Part shown: positions 10,453 to 19,808 of the stretch, piece by piece | Layout: every line of letters begins with the position of its first letter | Numbering within the stretch: the first letter of the stretch is position 1 | Origin: Candidatus Poribacteria bacterium | GTDB lineage: Bacteria; Poribacteria; WGA-4E; PCPOR2b | NCBI GenBank assembly: GCA_965116925.1 | Contig: OZ220744.1 | Location: forward strand, 2,496,001-2,560,000 | Length of the DNA: 64,000 nucleotides | Direction of reading: 5' to 3' | Program-made: the position numbers and the translations under genes | The notes under the pieces: model-generated | Databases searched by the model: none | The model's input: only the letters and a program-made list of their open reading frames with translations | What the model was told of the DNA's origin: nothing

Positions 10453-11182
10453 ACACGATGACGGTTGGAATATACCGGCGGACAACCCCTTTTATCCCGT
10501 ACTGCCGGCGGTCTATCGGAATGTGCGGTTTCAGTTTGTCTTTTTTCACGCTGAACCTGCCGCCGTTCAGGACTTTCTCCCGGAACCGCTGGAAGCAGCA
10601 GAGGACGGGTTGTGCGTGGCTTCGGGGTTGGAGGTGCCTTTCTGCACAAACTACGGTCCCTTCCAAGAGTCTTTTATTGTGATGAAGTGTCGTTTCAGGG
10701 ATCAGACCGGATTTTACTGCTCCCACGTTTTTCATGACGGTCCCGCTGGGATCGCCGCGGGCAGGGAAATTTACGGGACGCCGAAGGTGTACGCGGGGTT
10801 AAAGGTGTCTCAAGCGGATCGGTGCATGGTGACAGAAACCAAGCTCGGCGGTGTGCCGGTGTTGAGTATCAGTTCCAGTATGGAAACGGCTGTCTCCCAC
10901 GACGCCATGCCCTCCCTGACTCCTGCTTGGCGGTTGAAGATTATCCCTAGAGCGGACGGTCCGGGCCCTGCACTCAAACAGTTAATTGATTGCAGCGAAA
11001 CGACCCAAGATTTGGAGGTGCACTTTACGGCGAAGGGACAGGGTAGGATTGTCCTTGGTGCCTCCCCGCTGTGTGATCTTACCTCACTATCACCGTTGGA
11101 ATATGGCGATGCTTTCTACATGGAGAGCAGTTATTCCGAAGGATATGCACAGATTGTCTACGACTACCTGAAAAACGAGTAA
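10442..11182 (+). CDS. Acetoacetate decarboxylase (ADC) family protein
   Basis: LPEPLE, AGREIYGTPK (Schiff-base Lys), LKIIP. Confidence 0.85.
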   Translation: MALKHDDGWNIPADNPFYPVLPAVYRNVRFQFVFFHAEPAAVQDFLPEPLEAAEDGLCVASGLEVPFCTNYGPFQESFIVMKCRFRDQTGFYCSHVFHDGPAGIAAGREIYGTPKVYAGLKVSQADRCMVTETKLGGVPVLSISSSMETAVSHDAMPSLTPAWRLKIIPRADGPGPALKQLIDCSETTQDLEVHFTAKGQGRIVLGASPLCDLTSLSPLEYGDAFYMESSYSEGYAQIVYDYLKNE

Positions 11183-11195
11183 TAGAAAGAGACAG

Positions 11196-12041
11196 ATGGC
11201 GAGCACCAAATTACAAGAATCCGCCACCGGTTCAGAGATGAAGGAACGATATACGCTAGGGTACTCGCCGCAAACTATCCAACAGCTTCAGAAACGTACC
11301 GCACCGAGAGAGGCGGGTTTCCTCCTGCCCCATCTGAGCACTGGTATGTGCCTGCTGGATTGTGGCTGTGGCCCCGGTAGCATTACTGTCGGATTGGCTG
11401 AGGCTGTCGCGCCCGGAGGGGTTGTAGGGGTGGATATTGAACCCAGCGGATATAGGTCAGCGTGGAGGCAGGCGGCTAAGCGCACAGATGTCAACCTCCA
11501 TTTTGCAAGTGCTGATGTCTATCGTCTCCCTTTTATTGATAACTCATTTGATGCAGCGTTTCTGCACAATGTATTGAGCCATCTTCGGCAGCCGGTTGAG
11601 GTGCTCAAGGGGATATACCGGCTTTTGCGTCCGGGCGGCGTGATTGGGCTCAGCCATCCTGATTTTAGTGGACAACTCATCAGTCCATCGGATCCGTTAC
11701 TGGAACGAGACCACGAACTTTACTGGCGGTTGGTCGAACATAACGGGGGAAATCCCGCTATTGGTAAGCACCAACGTGGCTTATTGCACGCAGCCGGGTT
11801 TGTTCGGGTTGAAGCGGTTGCAAAGTATTCAACTATTGCTACGCAAGACGCTATGCGGATGCGCGCTAGGCACGGAGGGCGAATATTTGGCAAATCGACT
11901 ATCGCACAGCAGATGATTGATCTAGGGTGGACAGATCGCTCTGAATTGGAGCAGATAGTCGCTGCTTGGCGGAGATGGAGCAAACAGCCCGGGGCGTTTA
12001 TGGCAAATGCTACGGTTACAGCGGTGGGTTGGAAGGAGTAG
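11196..12041 (+). CDS. Class I SAM-dependent methyltransferase
   Basis: LLDCGCGPG motif I, LPF.DNSFD, LRPGG. Confidence 0.9.
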   Translation: MASTKLQESATGSEMKERYTLGYSPQTIQQLQKRTAPREAGFLLPHLSTGMCLLDCGCGPGSITVGLAEAVAPGGVVGVDIEPSGYRSAWRQAAKRTDVNLHFASADVYRLPFIDNSFDAAFLHNVLSHLRQPVEVLKGIYRLLRPGGVIGLSHPDFSGQLISPSDPLLERDHELYWRLVEHNGGNPAIGKHQRGLLHAAGFVRVEAVAKYSTIATQDAMRMRARHGGRIFGKSTIAQQMIDLGWTDRSELEQIVAAWRRWSKQPGAFMANATVTAVGWKE

Positions 12042-12069
12042 GTTCGATTAACGTTGATTGAGGAAACAG

Positions 12070-12801
12070 ATGGAAAATAAACTAAAGATTGGTGTTCTCT
12101 ATCCCCTCTACTCTGCGGAGGACGACTATCCACGTCTTGCCGCTGCGTTGAAGCCCCCGGTTGAGGTGCGGGTTATCCATACCGATAGCCCAAACCTGCA
12201 TCGAATTGATGAGAGCCTCATTACTGGCAGTCGGGAGTACCTGTTGGCGGGGGCGGAGGAACTGCGTCCTCACAACATCGCTGTCTGCTTATGGGCGTGC
12301 ACAAGTGCTAGCTTTGCGTTTGGCGTCGAAGGAGCGCAGCGTCAAGCACAAGATCTGGTCGATGCACTTGGTGTACCGGCATCAAGTACATCGTTGGCAT
12401 TCCTCAGCGCGAGCAAAGCACTCGGACTGAAGCGTGTCGCTGTCGCCGCAACCTACCCCGAAGATCTATCAAATGCCTTTCGCGCCTTTATGGAGACGGG
12501 TGGCGTGGAGGTGGTGCACATGGGGTGTCTCGGTGTCTGGACGGGCGACGAGGTCGCTCTTATCGAGCGCGACGAGGTTTTGCGCTTTGCATGTGCTAAC
12601 GACCATCCCGACGCCGAAGCGGTGCTCATCCCTGATACCGCGTTGCACACCGTCGGTTTTCTGCCTGAACTTGAAGCGGCGGTCGGCAAAACGGTGTTGA
12701 CGGCGAATCAGGTGACGATGTGGGAGGCGTTGCGGCTTGCAAATCGCTTAACGCCGCAATCCAATTTGGGACGGTTGATGGAAGTGGCGCGTGAAACGTG
12801 A
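12070..12801 (+). CDS. Maleate cis-trans isomerase / arylmalonate decarboxylase (Asp/Glu racemase superfamily)
   Basis: ACTSASF, VAVAATY, PDTAL, VLTANQVTMW.AL. Confidence 0.8.
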   Translation: MENKLKIGVLYPLYSAEDDYPRLAAALKPPVEVRVIHTDSPNLHRIDESLITGSREYLLAGAEELRPHNIAVCLWACTSASFAFGVEGAQRQAQDLVDALGVPASSTSLAFLSASKALGLKRVAVAATYPEDLSNAFRAFMETGGVEVVHMGCLGVWTGDEVALIERDEVLRFACANDHPDAEAVLIPDTALHTVGFLPELEAAVGKTVLTANQVTMWEALRLANRLTPQSNLGRLMEVARET

Positions 12802-13039
12802 AGACGGGAAAACGAGAAAACGAGAAAACGGGATTGATCGTAGGTTCGGCTACCTGTGATACGTACAGGTTGGGAAGCCTGTAACTACGAAATAATGTCG
12901 ATTTTGGAAAATCGACCTACAGTTTAGTGTAGGGGCTAATGAACCCAATTTGTTCGTGGGTGTTGGGTTTCACGGTTCCCGTTCAACCCAACCTACAGGC
13001 TACAGACTCGGTTTCTAACGTAGAATTAAGGAGGTTCGT

Positions 13040-13525
13040 ATGGATCGATATATTGAAGTGACCCTTAGAAAGCGCGGTGTGAGTTGTATTGCGCGGATGC
13101 TTGACGATCTTGCACCGAAGACGTGCGAGGCGGTGTGGAATGCGCTACCACAAGAGAATGATGCCTTTCATGCCAAATATGCGAGCAACGAAGTGTATTG
13201 CCTTGTCCCGCCCTTTGCGCCGAGCGAGATAGGGCTTGAGAATCCAACGATTATGCCAATTCCCGGCGACCTGCTCTACTTCTACTTTCCGCCCGGCACC
13301 ATAACCCTTCCATCGGTGCGCGAGGTTGCCTACGACACCGGCATGGTAGACCTTGCGATTTTCTACGGACGGGACAATTTAATCTTTTCACCCACAATGG
13401 GACCTGTTCCCGGTAACCGTTTCGCTGAAGTCACGGAGAATCTTGACCAGATGGCGGAGGCATGTACGAGCATCTGGCGGGAGGGATTTGTCGGTGAGCG
13501 GTTGGCGTTTCGCCGGGTGAAGTAG
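13040..13525 (+). CDS. DUF3830 family (cyclophilin-like fold) protein
   Basis: APKTCEAVWNALP, HAKYA.NEVY, LENPT..PIPGDL.YF. Confidence 0.75.
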   Translation: MDRYIEVTLRKRGVSCIARMLDDLAPKTCEAVWNALPQENDAFHAKYASNEVYCLVPPFAPSEIGLENPTIMPIPGDLLYFYFPPGTITLPSVREVAYDTGMVDLAIFYGRDNLIFSPTMGPVPGNRFAEVTENLDQMAEACTSIWREGFVGERLAFRRVK

Positions 13526-13702
13526 ATGGATTCGGTTGTTTGGGATTATCGTCTGAATCACGAATTGTCACGAATTAAGTATCGTAGGTTGGGTTGAACG
13601 GCTAAAACCGAGTCCTTATCAATACAATAGATGTTCTACATTTCAACAATCCCGTCTTGCAGATAAAGGGAGTGAAACCCAACATCTCAATCTGTCACCG
13701 AT

Positions 13703-13810
13703 TATAGTGGATCTTAGAATTAATGAGACACCCAAAATCGGCGCAGTTGAAAACAGCACCTACCAAACATGGGGAGCGAAAGTGTTCATTTATTTTTTGA
13801 ATTCATTATA
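13703..13810. mobile_element. Correia-like MITE (TATAGTG[A/G]AT terminal inverted repeats, internal GTAGGTGC REP); copies at 35307-35458 and 54240-54341, divergent variant at 63137-63253
   Basis: Three alignable 102-152 bp copies bounded by TATA, in both orientations. Confidence 0.75.
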
Positions 13811-13952
13811 AATGTTGGGTTTCACTCTACTAGTGAGATTTCAACCAGAACTGCGCCTCCAACCCCAATTGTCATACGTGGCGTTTTTCATCCGTTCCGT
13901 TCAACCCAACCTACAGATTGTTAAATGTCAACAGAATCTAACAAGCTAAACT

Positions 13953-15671
13953 ATGAAACCAACATTTGATCCAATTAAGTTTGAAGTTATCCGTAACGCG
14001 CTGATCGAGGCGACGGAGGAGATGACAATCGCGCTCCGCCGCAGCGCCTATTCGACGAACATTAAAACCCGCGCCGATTTTTCGTGCGCTTTCTTTGACA
14101 GCGAGTTGCAGCCTGTCGCGCAATCGTTCACGCAGCCGGTGCATCTTGGCTCATTGTCTCAATCCGTGCCACGGGTTATCCGGGAATATGGTCCGGAGAA
14201 TTTGGGTCCGGGCGATGCGATTCTGTCCAATGATCCCTATCTCGGCGGCGTTCACCTCAACGACATCACTCTTATCTCGCCCGTATATTACAATGACGAG
14301 CTTTTTGGCTATGTTGCTAATCTCGCTCACCATGTGGATGTGGGTGGTGGGGCACCCGCGAGTATTGGTGCGTTCCGTGAAGTTTTTCAGGAGGGGGTCA
14401 TCATCTCTGCCGTGAAAATGGTGGAGGGCGGGGAGATTAATCCGGACGTTTTTCGGCTTGTGCTGGCACAGATTCGATCCAAGCACGAGACCGCAGGCGA
14501 CTTTCGGGCGCAGGTGGCTTCCAACAACACTGGAGTGCGTCGATTGACTGCGCTGCTGGATCGGATGGGGGCTGAAACGATCAACTTCTATATCGATCAA
14601 CTGCTCGCCTACACCGAGCGTCGGACACGCGCGGAAATTGCTAAGCTGCCCCAAGGTGTCTTCACCGCTGACGGTTACGTTGACAATGACGGTTACACCG
14701 ATGAACCGGTGCACCTTGTCGGGAAATTGGTCATCAATGACGATGGTGTGCTTTTCGATCTAAACGGTTCCGAGCCCCAACGTCGGGCACCCGTCAATTC
14801 CACGTATGCCCAGACCTTCTCCGCCTGTGCTTATGTTCTGAAAAGTCTAATTGACCCGGATATACCGGTCAACGCGGGGTTCTACCGTTTGGTTCAGATA
14901 GATGCACCGTTGGGTACGGTCGTCAACTGTACACCGCCGTTCCCTGTCGTCGGGGGCTGGGAGACACAGATACGTCTGAACGATGTCCTGCTGAAGGCGC
15001 TCGCGCCCGCCATCCCCGACCGTATTCCGGCGGGGACGAAGGCGATGATGTGCCAGATGGGATTCGGGGGTACTTCGCCGCGCACAGGGGAGTTGTACGC
15101 CTATTACGAGACGATGGCTGGCGGGTACGGCGGACGGGTCGCCAGCGACGGACCCGATGCCGTGCAGTGTCACGGGCAGAACACCGAGAACGCTCCGATT
15201 GAGGAGACGGAAATCAACTATCCTTTTAGCATCGCTCGATACGAATTGGTGGATGATTCGGATGGCGCGGGTAAATATCGCGGTGGACTTGGGTTGCGGC
15301 GTGACTACCTCTTTGATCATGAGGTCTCGTTCACCATCTTGGCGGATCGGGATAAGTGGGGTCCTTGGGGACTTTTTGGCGGAGATGCTGGAGAAATTGC
15401 GCGCTATACCCTCAACCCGGACGCTGAGGCGACCCAGCTGGGCTCCAAGGTTACCGTTCAACTAAAGCCGGGGGATATGGTGCGGGTGGAATCCTGCGGT
15501 GGTGGGGGTTACGGTCCCTCTACGGAACGGGATCCGCAGTTGGTGTTACGGGATGTGCATGAGGGGAAGGTGAGCCTTGAGCGGGCGCGGGAAATTTACC
15601 GCGTGGTGATTGATCCGGAGACTTGGACTGTAAATGAGACGGAAACCGCAAAGTTGCGGTCAGGAGATTGA
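13953..15671 (+). CDS. Hydantoinase B / 5-oxoprolinase family subunit (copy 2)
   Basis: Close paralog of 8695-10452 with the same motifs. Confidence 0.92.
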   Translation: MKPTFDPIKFEVIRNALIEATEEMTIALRRSAYSTNIKTRADFSCAFFDSELQPVAQSFTQPVHLGSLSQSVPRVIREYGPENLGPGDAILSNDPYLGGVHLNDITLISPVYYNDELFGYVANLAHHVDVGGGAPASIGAFREVFQEGVIISAVKMVEGGEINPDVFRLVLAQIRSKHETAGDFRAQVASNNTGVRRLTALLDRMGAETINFYIDQLLAYTERRTRAEIAKLPQGVFTADGYVDNDGYTDEPVHLVGKLVINDDGVLFDLNGSEPQRRAPVNSTYAQTFSACAYVLKSLIDPDIPVNAGFYRLVQIDAPLGTVVNCTPPFPVVGGWETQIRLNDVLLKALAPAIPDRIPAGTKAMMCQMGFGGTSPRTGELYAYYETMAGGYGGRVASDGPDAVQCHGQNTENAPIEETEINYPFSIARYELVDDSDGAGKYRGGLGLRRDYLFDHEVSFTILADRDKWGPWGLFGGDAGEIARYTLNPDAEATQLGSKVTVQLKPGDMVRVESCGGGGYGPSTERDPQLVLRDVHEGKVSLERAREIYRVVIDPETWTVNETETAKLRSGD

Positions 15672-15723
15672 TTTGATTAAACGGAGATTAAGGCGAGCGA
15701 AGGAGATGGAGCGAGGCTTATGA
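15661..15723 (+). pseudogene. 3' remnant of a RelE/HigB (Gp49-like) toxin gene
   Basis: Translates as QEIDLIKRRLRRAKEMERGL*; its TGA overlaps the antitoxin ATG (ATGA). Confidence 0.6.
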
Positions 15724-16043
15724 GTAATAAAATCAAAGTTGAACAGGGCAGCGGCAACATTTTTAAGGATTTAGGCTTTCCTGATGAGGTTGCAGAAGAA
15801 GAATTGTTGAAAGCGCAGCTAGGCGCGGAAATTTTCCGTATTCTGGACGAACGCCGGCTAACTCAGGCAGAAGCAGCGAAGTTACTTGGTGTGAAACAGC
15901 CTGAAATTGCCCGCCTTAAAGCCGCTAAGCTTTCCTACTATAGCGTTGAACGACTGATGCGGTTTCTGGAACGACTCAACTGTGAGGTGAGCATTCACAT
16001 AGTGCCGCAGTGGGACGATACCGAGCGAGTCATAGCGTTGTGA
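15720..16043 (+). CDS. XRE-family HTH protein (HigA-like antitoxin)
   Basis: GSGNIF.DLG.PD, LTQAEAAKLLGVKQPEI, YSVERLM.FL. Confidence 0.85.
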   Translation: MSNKIKVEQGSGNIFKDLGFPDEVAEEELLKAQLGAEIFRILDERRLTQAEAAKLLGVKQPEIARLKAAKLSYYSVERLMRFLERLNCEVSIHIVPQWDDTERVIAL

Positions 16044-16080
16044 GCAATATTCTACCAATGGCGGTATTAAGGAGAACACC

Positions 16081-17106
16081 ATGTTTGGCATAGCTGTAGG
16101 GTGTAGTAATCTCTCAGATAGCTACCTGAAACGGATCACGCAGTTGGGAGTGGACTGCGTTGACTTTGGTTCCGGTGACTCTTTCCCCGGTGTCAAGGAA
16201 CAGGGATACCCGGACCTGGACGAGCTGCTCAAGATCAAGAAGAAGATCTACGCATGGGGGCTACGGATCAACCGTGTGACCTTGCCCGATATCACGGAGA
16301 AGTTTATGGGGGATGCGGAAGGTAGCGAGGTGGAGTTGGAGAACACTGAGCAGGCGATGCGGGTATTCGGGGAGGCTGGTATGCCTATCGCCCGGCAACG
16401 CTTTGAAGGGGACACCTTCAATCATCTGATAACCTTCTATCGGTCAGAACATCGCGCGGGATTTCTCGGCAGTGGGGGAAGCCGTTGGTTGACCGGCGAC
16501 CAACCCAAGCCTCAAAGCGATGCGGAGTTAAAGTCGCGCAGGTTCCACCATTGGCCGCTGTTTGCGGCGAGCGATCCGCCCACCCGCGAGGAGCTGGACG
16601 ATTGGTGGCGGCATTTCTGCCGAGTCTACGAGCGACTGGTGCCTATCGCTGAGGAATACGATATCAAACTTGCCATCCATCCGTCGGATATCCCGCTGCC
16701 AGACACACCGTTCGGTACATTGGGGTTTCATCGGGTGATCGATGCGTTTCCCAGTCCCAATGTGGGGTATCTGTATTGTTGTGGAACGCGGGCAGAAGCC
16801 GGTGGGCTACCGTTGGTGTTAGATGAAATTCAGAACTACGGACGCAAGGGGCGTATCTTCATGGTTCATTTCCGCAACGTGCGAGGCAGTCTAGCGACCG
16901 CAGGGGGCTACGAGGAGACACTCTTGGACGATGGCGACATGAATATGTTCAAGATTGTGCTCGCGCTCAGAGAGGTAGGGTTTGATGGGTGTCTGAATCC
17001 GGATCATATTTTCCCGCTAGAAGGGGACGGTTCTGATGCGGGAGGTGCTTTGGCGTATTCCGTCGGCTACATCAAAGCACTATCGGCGGCACTTGCTATC
17101 GTTTAA
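16081..17106 (+). CDS. Mannonate dehydratase (UxuA)-like TIM-barrel protein
   Basis: LVPIAEE..IKLAIHP.D.P, VHFRNV, DGDM.M, PDH, AYSVGYIKAL. Confidence 0.75.
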   Translation: MFGIAVGCSNLSDSYLKRITQLGVDCVDFGSGDSFPGVKEQGYPDLDELLKIKKKIYAWGLRINRVTLPDITEKFMGDAEGSEVELENTEQAMRVFGEAGMPIARQRFEGDTFNHLITFYRSEHRAGFLGSGGSRWLTGDQPKPQSDAELKSRRFHHWPLFAASDPPTREELDDWWRHFCRVYERLVPIAEEYDIKLAIHPSDIPLPDTPFGTLGFHRVIDAFPSPNVGYLYCCGTRAEAGGLPLVLDEIQNYGRKGRIFMVHFRNVRGSLATAGGYEETLLDDGDMNMFKIVLALREVGFDGCLNPDHIFPLEGDGSDAGGALAYSVGYIKALSAALAIV

Positions 17107-17351
17107 CGGATTGAGTAGAACGCGCTGCAGTACTCAGGGGGGCAGATTTGCCATGCAGTGAGATCCTTCCTTTTGGCAAACTCAAGGCAAGCCAATCACT
17201 CAGAATGACCACTGGATTATAATTTCAATTGATTGTATCTTTTCGCCCTACATTGTTTGGATATGTCTATCCAAGCGGGGCAGAGATCGGTTTTCCACAA
17301 TCGCAATTTCTTTGAATGTTAAGTAGGGACGCTACCTGATTAATCTCTGCT

Positions 17352-18329
17352 CTATTCGTTAAGACCAAAGAAAATCTTTATTGCATCACCCCACTGAGAC
17401 CATATCTCAGCCGCGCCGCCTCCTGCACTGAGGGCAGTAGCAAGAGCGGATAAGATAGGCTTGATAAGACCTACTTTTCGTTCGGAAGGTGCTAATTTAG
17501 CTTGTTCATTAAGTAATTTTAACTGTTCTATAATTTCAGTTTGTCGTTGTGACGAGATGTTTTGACTGGCTTTTACAGCTTCCGTTAAACTTGTGAGTGC
17601 TTCTGCTATCTGCTGTTGGCTAGGATCAGCCGAAGGGGAGACGCTTCCAGTGATTGATTTAGCCTGTATCTTTCCTGTGTTTAACACTCCTACTTGGCTA
17701 TTAGATACTTCAGACTTCATTTCGATTTTTTCTCCTTGGATTATCTGTCCAATATTCATCTGTCTAACATTAATCGTAATGTTGATTGGAATTTGCTCAT
17801 TACCTGCAGAAAAAGCCGACCCATCTCCAAAAATGCTCCCTTCCAATTCCAGATTAGATATTATTACCTCGTCATAGTCTTCAATGGCATGGTTAGGTTC
17901 TTTTATACCCTGATAAGCTAAATCACGATTGTAGTCAGTCTCGACGTAATTGTTTCGATGCTCTTGCCCTTTTTCAAGGTTTGCGGCGAGATGTACAGAT
18001 TCTGCGAGAGCAGATTTGATATGATTGCTGGGTTCGCTTAATCTCTGAAGGTCTGCGGCGAAACGTGCAGATTCTGCGAGAGCAGATTTGATATGATTGC
18101 TGGGTTCGCTTAATCTCTGAAGGTCTGCGGCGAAACGTGCAGATTCTGCGAGAGCAGATTTGATATGATTGCTGGGTTCGCTTAGTCTCTGAAGGTCTGC
18201 GGCGAAACGTGCAGATTCTGCGAGAGTAGATTTGATATGATTGCTGGGTTCGCTTAGTTTCTGAAGGTCTGCGGTGAGGCGTGCAGATTCTGCGAGAGCA
18301 AATTTGATATGATCTGTTGATTTGTGCAT
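17352..18329 (-). CDS. Hypothetical protein with 24-aa tandem repeats
   Basis: 325-aa ORF, RBS AAAGGG, upstream sigma70 promoter. Confidence 0.75.
   Translation of the reverse strand: MHKSTDHIKFALAESARLTADLQKLSEPSNHIKSTLAESARFAADLQRLSEPSNHIKSALAESARFAADLQRLSEPSNHIKSALAESARFAADLQRLSEPSNHIKSALAESVHLAANLEKGQEHRNNYVETDYNRDLAYQGIKEPNHAIEDYDEVIISNLELEGSIFGDGSAFSAGNEQIPINITINVRQMNIGQIIQGEKIEMKSEVSNSQVGVLNTGKIQAKSITGSVSPSADPSQQQIAEALTSLTEAVKASQNISSQRQTEIIEQLKLLNEQAKLAPSERKVGLIKPILSALATALSAGGGAAEIWSQWGDAIKIFFGLNE
17983..18312. repeat. 72-bp coding tandem repeat, about 4.5 near-identical units (SEPSNHIKSALAESARFAADLQRL)
   Basis: Directly visible, in frame. Confidence 0.95.
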
Positions 18330-18409
18330 TATTATTGCCCTTTCTTATCTTTTGAAATTTGAATTGTGGTGCCTATGGCCAGGCAATGCCTTTAGTAGAG
18401 TAAATTATC

Positions 18410-18438
18410 ATTGTAACGTATGATAATAGTATTGTCAA
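18410..18438 (-). promoter_or_regulatory. Sigma70 promoter TTGACA-17-TACAAT for 17352-18329
   Basis: Near-consensus hexamers with 17-nt spacer. Confidence 0.65.
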
Positions 18439-18727
18439 GACACAATAATTTTCGGAGATTAGTCTCCCTTAGAAAGTGGGCACAATCAGGTTTGAAAGCG
18501 ATTTTCCTTAGAGGGACTAATTACCTTCTTTTTTTGAAAATGTAAACTTGTAGATAGATTTACAGTCTAATTCTGCTAACAGAAAGAACGGGGGCAAATA
18601 AAATCCAGTTGGGGATCTGCTTTGCCAGCCATCTGAAGATGGTTGTATTATGGACAAGTGGCTTTATCTGTCTTGACGTGAAAGCCCCTAAAATGTCGCA
18701 TTCTCAATTTTGAAAGGAGAGGTAATC

Positions 18728-19261
18728 GTGAATTATTCACGCTTAAATCTGTTAGTAACTGCAATTAGTTGTTTGGCTGTTTTGGTATTTCCTATCTTTG
18801 TCACAGGTTGTGGCGATAGTGGTGATGATGATAGCACGGGTGATGATGTGATCGCTCCTGATCCAGAGCCTGTCTCAAAGCCAACACCACAACTGGAGCA
18901 ACAGCCTCAACCGGAGCCACCACCTCAACAACAACCGGAACAACAACCAGAGCAACAACCCGAACCACCGCCTCAACCGGAGCCAGAACCCGGCGTTTCG
19001 TTCCAAGAAGACATTTTACCCATTCTTCAAGCGAGTTGTGCCGTTCCGGGGTGCCATGTTGCCCCCAACCCCCCGAAAGGACTCAATTTAGAGACGTACG
19101 CAGACTTTGAGAAAGGTGGTGTATTTAACCCCGGAGATAGCAAGAACAGTATGGTTATCCAGCGGATTGATGGTGGTGGGATGCCGCCGGCTGGACCGTT
19201 GGCTGATGACTCAATTCAACTCTTCAAAGATTGGATCGATGAGGGCGCGAAAAACAACTAA
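18728..19261 (+). CDS. Lipoprotein with Pro/Gln/Glu linker and planctomycete-type cytochrome c domain
   Basis: Lipobox VTGC, VSFQEDILPILQASCAVPGCH, MPP, WIDEGA. Confidence 0.75.
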   Translation: MNYSRLNLLVTAISCLAVLVFPIFVTGCGDSGDDDSTGDDVIAPDPEPVSKPTPQLEQQPQPEPPPQQQPEQQPEQQPEPPPQPEPEPGVSFQEDILPILQASCAVPGCHVAPNPPKGLNLETYADFEKGGVFNPGDSKNSMVIQRIDGGGMPPAGPLADDSIQLFKDWIDEGAKNN

Positions 19262-19529
19262 TAGACCTCAACACCCCTCTGCTCTAGGTCGAGGGAGCGA
19301 TCTCCCGACCTGTTTCATGAATTAATTTCCCTAAGAAGGTAGGTGTAATCAGGTTTGAAAGGGATTCTGCTCATGTGGTATAATAGCTTAATTTGCAAAG
19401 GTGTGGTGTCCCGATGCAGACAAGGAAAGAATTCAAATGCACCATTTGTACACTGTTTTATTGATGTGTTGTGCTATGGGCTTGTTGTACCTCAACTCGC
19501 AACCTATACACGCAAAGGAAAAATCAGGC

Positions 19530-19808
19530 ATGGTAAAAGATAATTTTCGGGAATGGCTTATCTGCAACAAAGCTTACAAACCCAGACCAGCTAGGGATAT
19601 GCTCTCCCGGTGTAAAAGAGTGGAAAGAATTTTTAACATATCCCTTGATAAATCTATAAAAACACCAAAGAATCTTGATGAGCTTTTACAGAGATTAAAA
19701 AATGATGCGGATTCTTACTTAAGGGAGGGAGCAAACCATACAACGTCTGTGGGTATACTACGAACCGCGGTAAGACTCTATCATGAATATCTGAACAGGG
19801 GTAATTGA
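19530..19808 (+). CDS. Small hypothetical protein convergent on the DNA methyltransferase
   Basis: ATG after AAAGGA; 92-aa ORF FREWL...SRCKRVE...LRTAVRLY; 28-nt overlap with the MTase 3' end. Confidence 0.6.
   Translation: MVKDNFREWLICNKAYKPRPARDMLSRCKRVERIFNISLDKSIKTPKNLDELLQRLKNDADSYLREGANHTTSVGILRTAVRLYHEYLNRGN

Noticed and set aside
17983..18312. Possible CRISPR array
   Set aside because: Units are contiguous 72-bp in-frame coding repeats with no unique spacers, and no cas genes are present
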